DNA of 32,000 bases, from assembly GCF_001017655.1 (NCBI RefSeq), contig NZ_CP010904.1, positions 1,050,001 through 1,082,000 on the forward strand, given 5' to 3'. The notes under the pieces were generated by a model. It ran no database searches and was not told where the DNA came from. It worked only from the letters and a program-made list of their open reading frames with translations. The position numbers and the translations under genes were made by a program. The DNA comes from Kiritimatiella glycovorans (GTDB lineage Bacteria > Verrucomicrobiota > Kiritimatiellia > Kiritimatiellales > Kiritimatiellaceae). Shown here piece by piece: positions 1 to 8,542 of the stretch (its first letter is position 1; every line of letters begins with the position of its first letter).

Positions 1-1
1 C

Positions 2-1270
2 CATCCGCCGGAGTCGCCCGGCGGCATCCGTGCGATGATCCGCTCCTACCAGGCATCCGCTGACTTTGCCGACGAAATGATCGGCCGCGTGATCGACGCG
101 CTCGACGCCAGCGGTCGGGCGGATAATACGATTATTGTTTTGTGGTCCGACCACGGCTTCCACCTCGGCGACAAGAACACCGTCACCAAGCACACCCTCT
201 GGGAGCAGGCCAACCGCTCGCCGCTGCTCATCGTCGCACCCGGCGTTTCCATTCCCGGCAGCCGCGTCGATGCCCCGGTGTCGCTGGTGGACATCTATCC
301 AACGTTGGTTGAGCTGGCCGGTTATCCGGTGGAGCCGTCCGCCGAATTCGACGGCGAAAGCCTGGTGCCCTACATGAAAGATCCGTCGCGCCCGGCTACC
401 GAGCCGGAGCTGATGACGCTCTATCCCGGCAACCACGCCATCCGCTCGGCGGACTACCGCTACATCCGTTATGCCGACGGCTCTGAGGAACTCTACGACC
501 AGCGCTCCGACCCGTGGGAGCTGACCAACCTGGCCGACGATCTCGAATATGCGCCTGTCCTCGAAGAACATCGCAAATGGCTGCCGAAGCACGAAGCGGA
601 GCAGGGGATTGAGCTGCGCGAATATGAGCGGAAAAAGCGGGAGGCGGAGGCCCGCGCACAGGCCGGGACGCTCTCCTCCGATGCCGCATGGATAAAAGTG
701 ATCCACTGGGACATGGAGACGCTCACCGACGACGGCCTGATTCAAAACCGGGTGACCGACGGCCCCTACGCCGCCTGCCACCTCGACCCCGGCGGGGCGA
801 TGATGTTCGAGGATGACGAACAGGCCCACGTCCTGCGCTTCGACGGCATCGACGATGTCGCCCAGTCGGTCGGAAATTGGCAGGGCCACAAGGGGGTTCG
901 CATTTCCATGATGGTCAAGAGCGAAAGCGGTGCCGGGCAGTCCGTTATCCTTGGAACGGCCAATAGCTTCCGGATCAACAAGGTTGCTCAGGCCGTGCGC
1001 TTCAACGGGCTGACGGCCGGTCAGCGCAACATGAAAGAGGGGCACGCCGGAACGATCGGCCTTGTGCCCGGTTCATGGATGAACATCGTCGCCGAATACA
1101 ATCCCAAAAGCGGTAAGCTCCTCATCCAATGCGGCAAAAAGAGCGGTAGCGCGCAGCGCACCAGCGGCGATGTGCTCACCGGCGGCGGGAAGCCCCTGCT
1201 GATCGGCAGGGCGCTCAATACCCCGTTCAAGGGCTGCATCGACGACGTTGTCATCGAGGTGATGGACTGA
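2..1270 (+). CDS. Sulfatase (S1 family, C-terminal part of the catalytic domain) fused to a C-terminal LamG/concanavalin-A-like lectin domain; 5' end lies outside the window
   Basis: Frame 2 is open from base 2 (HPPESPGGIRAMIRSY...), so the ATG at 35 is not the true start. Sulfatase-type motifs are present: IIVLWSDHGFHLGDK, SLVDIYPTLVELAG, YDQRSDPWELTNLA. After a Lys/Glu/Ala-rich linker (EYERKKREAEARAQ), a tail of about 190 aa ends in FKGCIDDVVIEVMD, a typical LamG-type terminal strand. Confidence 0.85.
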   Translation, partial: HPPESPGGIRAMIRSYQASADFADEMIGRVIDALDASGRADNTIIVLWSDHGFHLGDKNTVTKHTLWEQANRSPLLIVAPGVSIPGSRVDAPVSLVDIYPTLVELAGYPVEPSAEFDGESLVPYMKDPSRPATEPELMTLYPGNHAIRSADYRYIRYADGSEELYDQRSDPWELTNLADDLEYAPVLEEHRKWLPKHEAEQGIELREYERKKREAEARAQAGTLSSDAAWIKVIHWDMETLTDDGLIQNRVTDGPYAACHLDPGGAMMFEDDEQAHVLRFDGIDDVAQSVGNWQGHKGVRISMMVKSESGAGQSVILGTANSFRINKVAQAVRFNGLTAGQRNMKEGHAGTIGLVPGSWMNIVAEYNPKSGKLLIQCGKKSGSAQRTSGDVLTGGGKPLLIGRALNTPFKGCIDDVVIEVMD

Positions 1271-1329
1271 GCGGATTGCCTTACACAAAGAAAAAACGAG
1301 TAGAAACCGAAAGAGAAAGGACCACAACG

Positions 1330-4300
1330 ATGAAAAAGAGAACGACCACAATGATCGCCCTGCTGTGCGGGGCATTGATTGCACTGGGCGGCGCGACCGC
1401 CGCTGCCGCCGTCCAGCTCAAGCCGGTCTATCCGCAGTGCCTGCGGCTGGAGACGGCGATCCTCAAGCCGCAGCAGGCTCCGCAGTTTTCCTGGGGGCTG
1501 GATGCGGGCGGGCGCGACGGCGCGGCGCAGACGGCCTATCAGATCATGGTGACGACGCCCGCCGGAGAAACGGTCTGGGACAGCGGGGAGGTGTCGTCGG
1601 CGGATACGCTCGACGTGCCTTACTCCGGGCCGGCGCTCGCGCCCGCCTCGCAGTTCGACTGGCAGGTGCGCGTCTTTGACGAGAAGGACAAGCCCTCGGA
1701 CTGGACCGAGCCGCAGCGCTTCTTCACCGGGCTGGACGACTGGAAGGCGCAGTGGATCACCTCGCCGGAGATCGTCGCCATCGCGGAAGAGGACGCGAAG
1801 CGCCTCTACGAGGAGGATCATCCGGCACGCATGCTGCGCACCGAGTTCGACCTTTCAAAGCCGGTCAAAACCGCCACGCTCTACATCACCTCGCTGGGCA
1901 ACTACCGGGGGTGGATCAACGGGAAACTCGTCAGCGAAGACCGGCTCGCGCCATCGGCGACGCAGTATGGGTATCGGGTCTTCTACCGTGCCTACGACGT
2001 GACCGAACTGCTCCAGGAAGGCTCCAACGCCCTGGCCGTGCTGCTCGGAGACGGTTCGTTGACCCGTAGCAGAGTTACGTCCTTCGGTGCGGACTTTATT
2101 ACGCGCCTGCTGGCACAGATTGAAATCGAATATGCCGACGGGTCACGCGATTCGGTCGGAACGGGTTCCGACTGGCGCAGCATGATGGAGAAAAGCCCTT
2201 GGCAGGCGGCCGACTTCGACCTCGGCGGCATCTACGACGCCCGCTTATTCGACCCCGCCTGGTCCACTGCGGGGTTCGAGGACGGCGGTTGGAGGCAGGC
2301 CGTGGTGTCGCCGCCCGTAGAAGGCACGCGCGTCGATCCCGAAACGGTGCAGCCCTGCCGACCGAACCACGTGTTGAAGCCGGTTGCCGAATATGAACCC
2401 AGGCCGGGAGTGTATGTGTTCGACTTCGGCGAACAGTTCACGGGCGTAGCCCGTTTCACCGTCACCCTTCCCGAGGGCCACGAGATTCGCTTGCGCCACG
2501 CCCAGGTGCTCGCCAGAGACAAGACGCTCGACGTTTGGAATTACAGGGGCAACTCGAAGAACGAAACCGTCTATGTCTCGGCAGGCGGCAAGAGCGAACG
2601 TTTCGAGGGGCTACCCTTTCACTTCAACGGCAGTCGATATGTCGAGATCAGCGGTCTGCCATCGCGGGAGGCGCTGGAGGATTTGGAAGTGATCCATTTT
2701 GCGGATGCCATGCGGGCCGCCTCCACACTGGACACATCGGTTCCCACTCTCGACGGGCTCTGGGAGATCATCCGCCGCGCGTATTCCGGTAACCTCAAGA
2801 GCGGAATCGTGATGGATTGCGTTGGGCGCAATGAACGGGCCCCCTGGCTGGGCGACTGTTACACCAGCCATATCGGTGTTATCGACTACTTCTTCGACAG
2901 TATCGCGCATCACCGCAAGCGGATGCAGGATATTCAGGATCAGGTTGCTTATCGCCCAGGAAAAACCCATCCGGGGCAACTTGGGATGCGGGCGCCGAGT
3001 TTCGGCGGGGCTCCGTCTCCGTTCTATAGCGATGCGGCGTCCATTGTCTCGAAGGGCACGCAGGTATTCTACGACGATCCGTTTATCCTCGAATTCGTTT
3101 ACGGCGAAGGGCCGGGGCAGGTTCGTGCGCTGATGGACTTCCAACTCGAGCAGAACGGACTGTCGGGCAAGTTTACAAAGACCGAACCACCCTATGCGTT
3201 CTGGGCGCCTTGGCTTGACCGAAAGATGACACTGCCGCCCGGATCGGGGCAGGATCGATGGAACTCCGGCGATTTTCCGAGTCGATGGTTCCAGAGGGAC
3301 AAGATGCCGTCCTCTGCATCGCAGGAGGCTTATGGAACCTTCTGGTGGTCGGTCAGCGCGCAGGCCGTCGCCGATATGGCACGGTATCTGGGCAAAGAAA
3401 GCGAAGCCGCCGAATATGAAGCCATGGCCGAGCGCAGCCGACAGTCGCTGATCCGAGACTTCGACAACGGCGACGGCACCTGGGACTACCATGACCAGCC
3501 CATCTACACCTACGGGTTGATCACCGGCGCGGCACAGGGTGAATTGCGGGACGTCTTCCTGAAGAACCTCCTGCAGACCGTCAAATCCTACGGCGGCCAC
3601 ATCTCGGGCGGGACTGATGTGTTCTTCAACACCCTGATCGCGCTCTCGCGAAACGGCTACCCCGACCTGGCCTGGTTCATGGCCATGCGTCCAGAGATGC
3701 CTTCCTTCGGCTACATGATCGAATCGGGCGCCACCGCAATGTGGGAACGCTTCGACCTCTATCATCCCGAGTGGGGACTGCTTCGCAATTTCACCACGGC
3801 GGACATGAACCACGTCGGCTTGAACTCCGTCGCTAAATGGATCGTCGAGGACGTCATCGGCCTGCGGCCCGATCCGGCGCAGCCCGGCTTCAAGCACTTC
3901 TTCATCCGCCCCTGGACCGGCAGCGAGCCCAAAGAGATCGACTTCCAGTTCGACTCCCCGCGCGGACCCATCCGCGTCGCCTGGGAGCGCAACGGCGACC
4001 AGGTCACGCTCAACGCCACCGTGCCGCCGAACTGCTCCGCCACCGTCCAGTGGCCGAACGGCAAGGAAGAAACGCTGGGTTCCGGCACGCACACGCTGAC
4101 CGGCGATGCGCCGCTCAAGCAGGGCGAAGGCGTCGAAGGCGGCCTCGACGAGATCCGGCGCTACTTCCAGGAGAATCCTTACGATCCCGAAAAGGACACC
4201 AACCGCTACTTCGAAATCAAGGAGGCTGAGCGGGCCAAGGAGATGGCTGAAGCCGTCGCGGTGACGGCAACCGAATTCACCCCGGTCATTTTCTGGGATA

Positions 4301-4851
4301 TGGAGACAGTGACCGCCGAAGGCCACGTCGGCAACAGCCTCTCCGGTGGTTCCGGAGCCGAGCTGTTGCTGGAAGGTGTCGTACTCGTGGACGATCCTGA
4401 GCGTGGCAAGGTCTTGTCCTTCAACGGTGAAAATGCGCTTGCTACGGCGGAGGGAGCCTGGCAGGGGAACAAGGCCGTCCGCATCGAGATGATGGTGAAG
4501 AACGAAGCCCCGGCCGGGCAGTCCGTACTTCTGGGTGTTCCTTTTGTGTTTTCACTGAACAAGGTCGCCGGGTTTGCCAAGTTTCAGTTCAACTCGGTTC
4601 AGCGGCCTGATCGGCGGAACAATGATATCGGGATTCCGGTCCTTCAAACCGGCGAATGGCGCACGATCACCGCTGAGTTCGACCCGGCCAACGGCATCGC
4701 CCGCATCGAGTGCGACGGTCAGGTCGCCACGCTGGAAATCGACCGCAAGGATATTCTCAGGCCCAGAACGCAGGACATTATCCTCGGCAACAAACTCAAC
4801 GCCTTCTTCAAAGGCCAGATCGACGACATCCGCATCAGCGTGATGGACTGA
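1330..4851 (+). CDS. Secreted GH78-family alpha-L-rhamnosidase with C-terminal LamG-like domain (paralogue I)
   Basis: The ORF track starts at 1276. I prefer the ATG at 1330 because it gives a signal peptide (MKKRTTTMIALLCGALIALGGATAAAA). Rhamnosidase N-domain signature: LYITSLGNYRGWINGKLVSEDRLAPSATQYGYRVFYRAYDVTELLQEGSNALAVLLGDG. Six-hairpin domain motif: DCVGRNERAPWLGD. The C-terminal tail is VIFWDMETVT...FKGQIDDIRISVMD. Confidence 0.85.
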   Translation: MKKRTTTMIALLCGALIALGGATAAAAVQLKPVYPQCLRLETAILKPQQAPQFSWGLDAGGRDGAAQTAYQIMVTTPAGETVWDSGEVSSADTLDVPYSGPALAPASQFDWQVRVFDEKDKPSDWTEPQRFFTGLDDWKAQWITSPEIVAIAEEDAKRLYEEDHPARMLRTEFDLSKPVKTATLYITSLGNYRGWINGKLVSEDRLAPSATQYGYRVFYRAYDVTELLQEGSNALAVLLGDGSLTRSRVTSFGADFITRLLAQIEIEYADGSRDSVGTGSDWRSMMEKSPWQAADFDLGGIYDARLFDPAWSTAGFEDGGWRQAVVSPPVEGTRVDPETVQPCRPNHVLKPVAEYEPRPGVYVFDFGEQFTGVARFTVTLPEGHEIRLRHAQVLARDKTLDVWNYRGNSKNETVYVSAGGKSERFEGLPFHFNGSRYVEISGLPSREALEDLEVIHFADAMRAASTLDTSVPTLDGLWEIIRRAYSGNLKSGIVMDCVGRNERAPWLGDCYTSHIGVIDYFFDSIAHHRKRMQDIQDQVAYRPGKTHPGQLGMRAPSFGGAPSPFYSDAASIVSKGTQVFYDDPFILEFVYGEGPGQVRALMDFQLEQNGLSGKFTKTEPPYAFWAPWLDRKMTLPPGSGQDRWNSGDFPSRWFQRDKMPSSASQEAYGTFWWSVSAQAVADMARYLGKESEAAEYEAMAERSRQSLIRDFDNGDGTWDYHDQPIYTYGLITGAAQGELRDVFLKNLLQTVKSYGGHISGGTDVFFNTLIALSRNGYPDLAWFMAMRPEMPSFGYMIESGATAMWERFDLYHPEWGLLRNFTTADMNHVGLNSVAKWIVEDVIGLRPDPAQPGFKHFFIRPWTGSEPKEIDFQFDSPRGPIRVAWERNGDQVTLNATVPPNCSATVQWPNGKEETLGSGTHTLTGDAPLKQGEGVEGGLDEIRRYFQENPYDPEKDTNRYFEIKEAERAKEMAEAVAVTATEFTPVIFWDMETVTAEGHVGNSLSGGSGAELLLEGVVLVDDPERGKVLSFNGENALATAEGAWQGNKAVRIEMMVKNEAPAGQSVLLGVPFVFSLNKVAGFAKFQFNSVQRPDRRNNDIGIPVLQTGEWRTITAEFDPANGIARIECDGQVATLEIDRKDILRPRTQDIILGNKLNAFFKGQIDDIRISVMD

Positions 4852-4940
4852 TACAGGGGGATGGCAACGAATGGAATGAAAGCAGCGAGTTGAACAGAGA
4901 GGGCCGCTGCTTTGCGGCTCGGGAAACCGATCAGGAGAAA
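4852..4940 (+). repeat. Conserved intergenic leader module, copy A (hairpin plus RBS)
   Basis: This 89-nt spacer differs from 8454-8542 at only 3 positions. It contains the stem-loop gccgc-tgcttt-gcggc followed by cgggaaaccgatcaggagaaa and then ATG. Confidence 0.85.
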
Positions 4941-7900
4941 ATGAAGATGATGACACAAAAAACAACACGATGGATCGCCGCTTTCGCGGCGGTATTGATA
5001 AGTGGCGTCGTCCAGGCGGAAACCCTTCGCCCGGTCTGGCCGCAGTGCGAACGGCTGGAGACGGCCATTCTCAAGCCGGGGCAGACCCCTGAGTTTTCCT
5101 GGGGACTCGATGCCGACGGGCGCGACGGCGCGGCGCAGTCAGCCTATCAGATCAAGGTCGCCACGCCCGACGGCAAAGCGGTCTGGGACAGCGGCAAAGT
5201 CGAATCGGACGACACGCTGGATGTGCCCTACGGCGGCCCGGCGCTCGCGCCCGCCTCGCAGTTCGACTGGCAGGTGCGCGTCTTTGACGAGAAGGGCAAG
5301 GCCTCGGACTGGACCGACCCGCAGCGCTTCTTCACCGGCCTCAAAAGCTGGAAGTCGCAATGGATCACCTCGCCGGAGATTGCCGCCTTGGCGGGCAACC
5401 GCGACAAGCTGCTCGAATACCATCCGGTGCGCATGTTCCGCCAGGAGTGGTCGATCGAAAAGCCGGTCAAAACCGCCACGCTCTACCTCTCCTCGCTGGG
5501 CTGCTACCGCGGCTGGATCAATGGCCAACTCGTCAGCGAAGACCGCTTCGCCCCGTCGATCGCCCAGTATGGCATCCGCATTTTCTACCGCGCCTACGAC
5601 GTGGGCGACCTGCTCAAAGCGGGCGATAACGCGATCGCGGCGATCCTCGGCCGGGGTTCGTTCGCGGACGGTAAATTTGGAAGCTACGGTCAGGATTTTG
5701 TGACGCGGTTGCGGGCGCAGCTCGAAATCGAATATGCCGACGGCTCGCGCGAGACCGTCGCCACCGGCCCCGACTGGCGCAGCATGCAGGAGCGGAGCCC
5801 CTGGCGCTCGGCGGACTTCAATCTGGGCGGCACCTACGACGCCCGCCTCTTCGATCCCGCCTGGACCACGGTGGACTTTGACGACAGCGACTGGAAACAG
5901 GCCGTGGTCTCCGCCCCGAAGGAGGGCACGCTCTTCGACCCGGACCCGGTCGCCCCCTGCCGCATCACCGAAGTGCTCAAGCCGGTCACTGAATACGAAC
6001 CGGAGCCGGGGGTCTATGTGATCGACTTCGGCAAGCAGTGGGCCGGGGTCTGCCGGTTTACCGTGAGTCTTCCCGAAGGCCATGAGGTCCACCTGCGGCA
6101 TGCCCAAGTGCTGCGCAAAGACAGGATGATTGACACCCGCAACCTCAGGCACAACGCAGAGAACCAGACGACCTACATCGCGGCGGGAACGGGCGACGAG
6201 CATTTCGAGGGCATCCCGTTCCACTACAACGGCTGCCGCTACGTCGAAGTCCGCGGGCTGCCCTCGCGTGACGCGCTCAAGGAAATCGAGGTCATCCACC
6301 TGTCCGACACCATGCGCGAAGTCTCCTCGTTCCGTTCTTCCAGCGAGCGCCTGAACAAGCTCTGGGCGATGATCCGGCAGACCTACCTGGGGAATCTCCG
6401 GGCCGGCATTCTGCAGGGCTGCGCCGGACGTTCGGAGCGCTGCGCCTGGCTGGGCGACGGCTATACCAGCCACGTCGGAGCAATTGAGTATTTTTTCGAC
6501 AGCGCAGCCCACCACCGGAAGCGGATGCAGGACGTGCGGGACCAGGTTGCCTATCGGGGAGGAACTACGCATCCCGGGCAGGTCGGCTGCCGGGCGCCGA
6601 GCTTCGGAACGGCCGCCTGTCCATTCTGGTCCGACGCGGCCACTCTGATCCCGCGCAACGCGCATATCCTGTACGACGATATCGGTATCGTGGAGGACCA
6701 GTACGGCGACGGCGACGGCCAGGCCAAGGCACTGCTCGATTTTTATCTCCAGGCGAATGCTCCTTCAGGCAAATGGACGGCGGTTAATCAGAAGGGTTGC
6801 AAGATTTGGGGCCCTTGGCTGGGCCGTGGGATGCTTCTGCCGCCCGGATCGGGGCAGGACCGGTGGAACAGTGCCGACTACCCCAGCGACTGGTATTGGA
6901 AGAACCGAGGACAACTCAAGAAGTCGGTTTCGAAGGAGGCCTTCGGAACCGCCTGGTGGTCGATCAGTGCCCAGGCCACGGCCGACATGGCCCGGTTCCT
7001 CGGCAAGGAAAGCGAAGCCCGGGAATACGACGCCATGGCCGAGCGAAGCAACGAGGCACTGATCAGCGAGTTCGACAACGGCGACGGCACCTGGGACTAC
7101 AACGATCAGCCGATCTATACCTATGGACTGTATTCCGGTGCCGCCACGGGCGATCTCGAAGCGCATTTTCTGAAAAATCTGATAGACGCTGTCGAAAACT
7201 ATGGGGGACACAGTTCCGGCGGCAGTGACAGTATTCGCCTGATGCTGCAGACCCTTTCGGAACAGGGCTACGGCGACCTCGCCTGGTTCATGGCGATGCG
7301 GCCGGAAATGCCGTCATTTGGTTACATGGTCGATGCCGGAGCCACCACATCCTGGGAGCGCTTCGACCTCGATCATCCCGAGTGGGGGCTCAACTTCACC
7401 GGCGGTACGGTAAGTAAGAATCACGTCGGCTACCTGCCCGTCGGCCAATGGATCGTCGAGGACATCGTCGGCCTGCGGCCCGACCCGGCGCAACCCGGCT
7501 TCAAGCATTTCTTCATCAAGCCCTGGACCGGCAGCGAACCGAAGCAGATGGACTTCCGCTTCGACTCCTCGCGCGGCCCGATCCGCGTCGCCTGGGAGCG
7601 CAGCGGCGACCAGGTCACGCTCAACGCCGAAGTGCCGCCGAACTGCTCGGCCACCGTCCAGTGGCCCGGCGGCAAAGAAGAAACGCTGGGTTCCGGCACG
7701 CACACGCTCACCGGCGATGCGCCGCTCAAGCAGGGCGAAGGCGTCGAAGGCGGGCTCGACGAGATCCGGCGCTACTTCAAAGCAAACCCCTACGACCCCG
7801 CCAAGGACACCAACCGCTACTTCGAGATCAAAAAGGCGAAAGAAGCGGCAGCCGCCGAGCCGTCAGGCGTCTTCACTCCGGTCATCGAGTGGAACATGGA

Positions 7901-8453
7901 GGCGCTGAGCCCGCACGGGACGGTCCCGAATGCGGTCGGGGAGGGTCCCTATGTCGACGCCGGGCTGACGCTCAAGGGTGCGCGGATTGTGGACGATCCC
8001 GAGCGCGGCAAGGTGCTCGCTTTCGACGGCGAAGGCGCAACCGCTGAATCGCTCTTCAAGTGGGACGGCCACCGCGGCATCCGCGTCGAAATGGCGGTAC
8101 GCAACGAAGCGCCGACCGGCCAGTCCGTCTTGCTGGCCGTTCCCCACGTCTTCCGCGTCTTCAAGGTGGCCGGCTTCGCCCAGATGGCGTTCAGTTCCAA
8201 CCTGAAGCCCGATGTGCATGCAAACAGCGCGGGAATTCCCGTGCTCGACACCGGCGAATGGCGCACGATCACCGCCGAGTTCGACCCGGCCAACGGCATC
8301 GCCCGCATCGAGTGCGACGGCAAGGTCGCCACGCTGCCCGTTGCCCCCGGCGACACCCTCGCGTCAAAAAAATGGCCCATCCAGCTTGGCTCCAAACTCA
8401 ACGCCTTCTTCAAAGGCCAGATCGACGACATCCGCATCAGCGTGATGGACTGA
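4941..8453 (+). CDS. Secreted GH78-family alpha-L-rhamnosidase with C-terminal LamG-like domain (paralogue II, in tandem with paralogue I)
   Basis: The ATG at 4941 follows AGGAGA (4934-4939). The ORF-track start at 4710 overlaps the upstream gene and is rejected. Signal peptide: MKMMTQKTTRWIAAFAAVLISGVVQAE. The protein is collinear with paralogue I and roughly three-quarters identical by eye. It has the same GH78 motifs (LYLSSLGCYRGWINGQLVSEDRF, GCAGRSERCAWLGD) and ends in the identical FKGQIDDIRISVMD. Confidence 0.85.
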   Translation: MKMMTQKTTRWIAAFAAVLISGVVQAETLRPVWPQCERLETAILKPGQTPEFSWGLDADGRDGAAQSAYQIKVATPDGKAVWDSGKVESDDTLDVPYGGPALAPASQFDWQVRVFDEKGKASDWTDPQRFFTGLKSWKSQWITSPEIAALAGNRDKLLEYHPVRMFRQEWSIEKPVKTATLYLSSLGCYRGWINGQLVSEDRFAPSIAQYGIRIFYRAYDVGDLLKAGDNAIAAILGRGSFADGKFGSYGQDFVTRLRAQLEIEYADGSRETVATGPDWRSMQERSPWRSADFNLGGTYDARLFDPAWTTVDFDDSDWKQAVVSAPKEGTLFDPDPVAPCRITEVLKPVTEYEPEPGVYVIDFGKQWAGVCRFTVSLPEGHEVHLRHAQVLRKDRMIDTRNLRHNAENQTTYIAAGTGDEHFEGIPFHYNGCRYVEVRGLPSRDALKEIEVIHLSDTMREVSSFRSSSERLNKLWAMIRQTYLGNLRAGILQGCAGRSERCAWLGDGYTSHVGAIEYFFDSAAHHRKRMQDVRDQVAYRGGTTHPGQVGCRAPSFGTAACPFWSDAATLIPRNAHILYDDIGIVEDQYGDGDGQAKALLDFYLQANAPSGKWTAVNQKGCKIWGPWLGRGMLLPPGSGQDRWNSADYPSDWYWKNRGQLKKSVSKEAFGTAWWSISAQATADMARFLGKESEAREYDAMAERSNEALISEFDNGDGTWDYNDQPIYTYGLYSGAATGDLEAHFLKNLIDAVENYGGHSSGGSDSIRLMLQTLSEQGYGDLAWFMAMRPEMPSFGYMVDAGATTSWERFDLDHPEWGLNFTGGTVSKNHVGYLPVGQWIVEDIVGLRPDPAQPGFKHFFIKPWTGSEPKQMDFRFDSSRGPIRVAWERSGDQVTLNAEVPPNCSATVQWPGGKEETLGSGTHTLTGDAPLKQGEGVEGGLDEIRRYFKANPYDPAKDTNRYFEIKKAKEAAAAEPSGVFTPVIEWNMEALSPHGTVPNAVGEGPYVDAGLTLKGARIVDDPERGKVLAFDGEGATAESLFKWDGHRGIRVEMAVRNEAPTGQSVLLAVPHVFRVFKVAGFAQMAFSSNLKPDVHANSAGIPVLDTGEWRTITAEFDPANGIARIECDGKVATLPVAPGDTLASKKWPIQLGSKLNAFFKGQIDDIRISVMD

Positions 8454-8542
8454 TACAGGGGGATGGCAACGAATGGAATGAAAGCAGCGAGTTGAACAGA
8501 GAGGGCCGCAGCTTTGCGGCCCGGAAAACCGATCAGGAGAAA
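8454..8542 (+). repeat. Conserved intergenic leader module, copy B (hairpin plus RBS)
   Basis: A perfect 8-bp stem gggccgca/tgcggccc with loop gctt lies at 8503-8522. It is followed by ggaaaaccgatcaggagaaa and then ATG. Confidence 0.85.

Noticed and set aside
2611-4326. Long antisense ORFs opposite the enzyme genes. Examples are 2611-4326 (571 aa), 5139-6665 (508 aa), 8591-10105 (504 aa), 11448-12533, 19069-20331, 25878-27905 (675 aa) and 1021-1821.
   Set aside because: These are typical shadow ORFs of high-GC DNA. Their products are Arg/Gly/Ala/Pro-rich and low in complexity, with no recognisable motifs. They lack ribosome-binding sites and lie entirely inside plus-strand genes that have strong family signatures.
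4560-4851. The idea that the near-identical LamG 3' ends with a variable patch are the variable and template repeats of a diversity-generating retroelement
   Set aside because: There is no reverse transcriptase gene or accessory gene in the window. The divergent 56-nt block differs at nearly every position rather than only at adenine-templated sites, and both copies are coding.
4710-4940. 5' extensions of the track ORFs: 4710 for GH78-II, 8060 for GH78-III, 11310 for the sulfatase, 25401 for the LamG-GH32-like gene and 1276 for GH78-I
   Set aside because: The extensions overlap the upstream gene or an IS in another frame and encode Arg-rich nonsense. Internal ATGs preceded by AGGAGA-type sites give canonical signal peptides.
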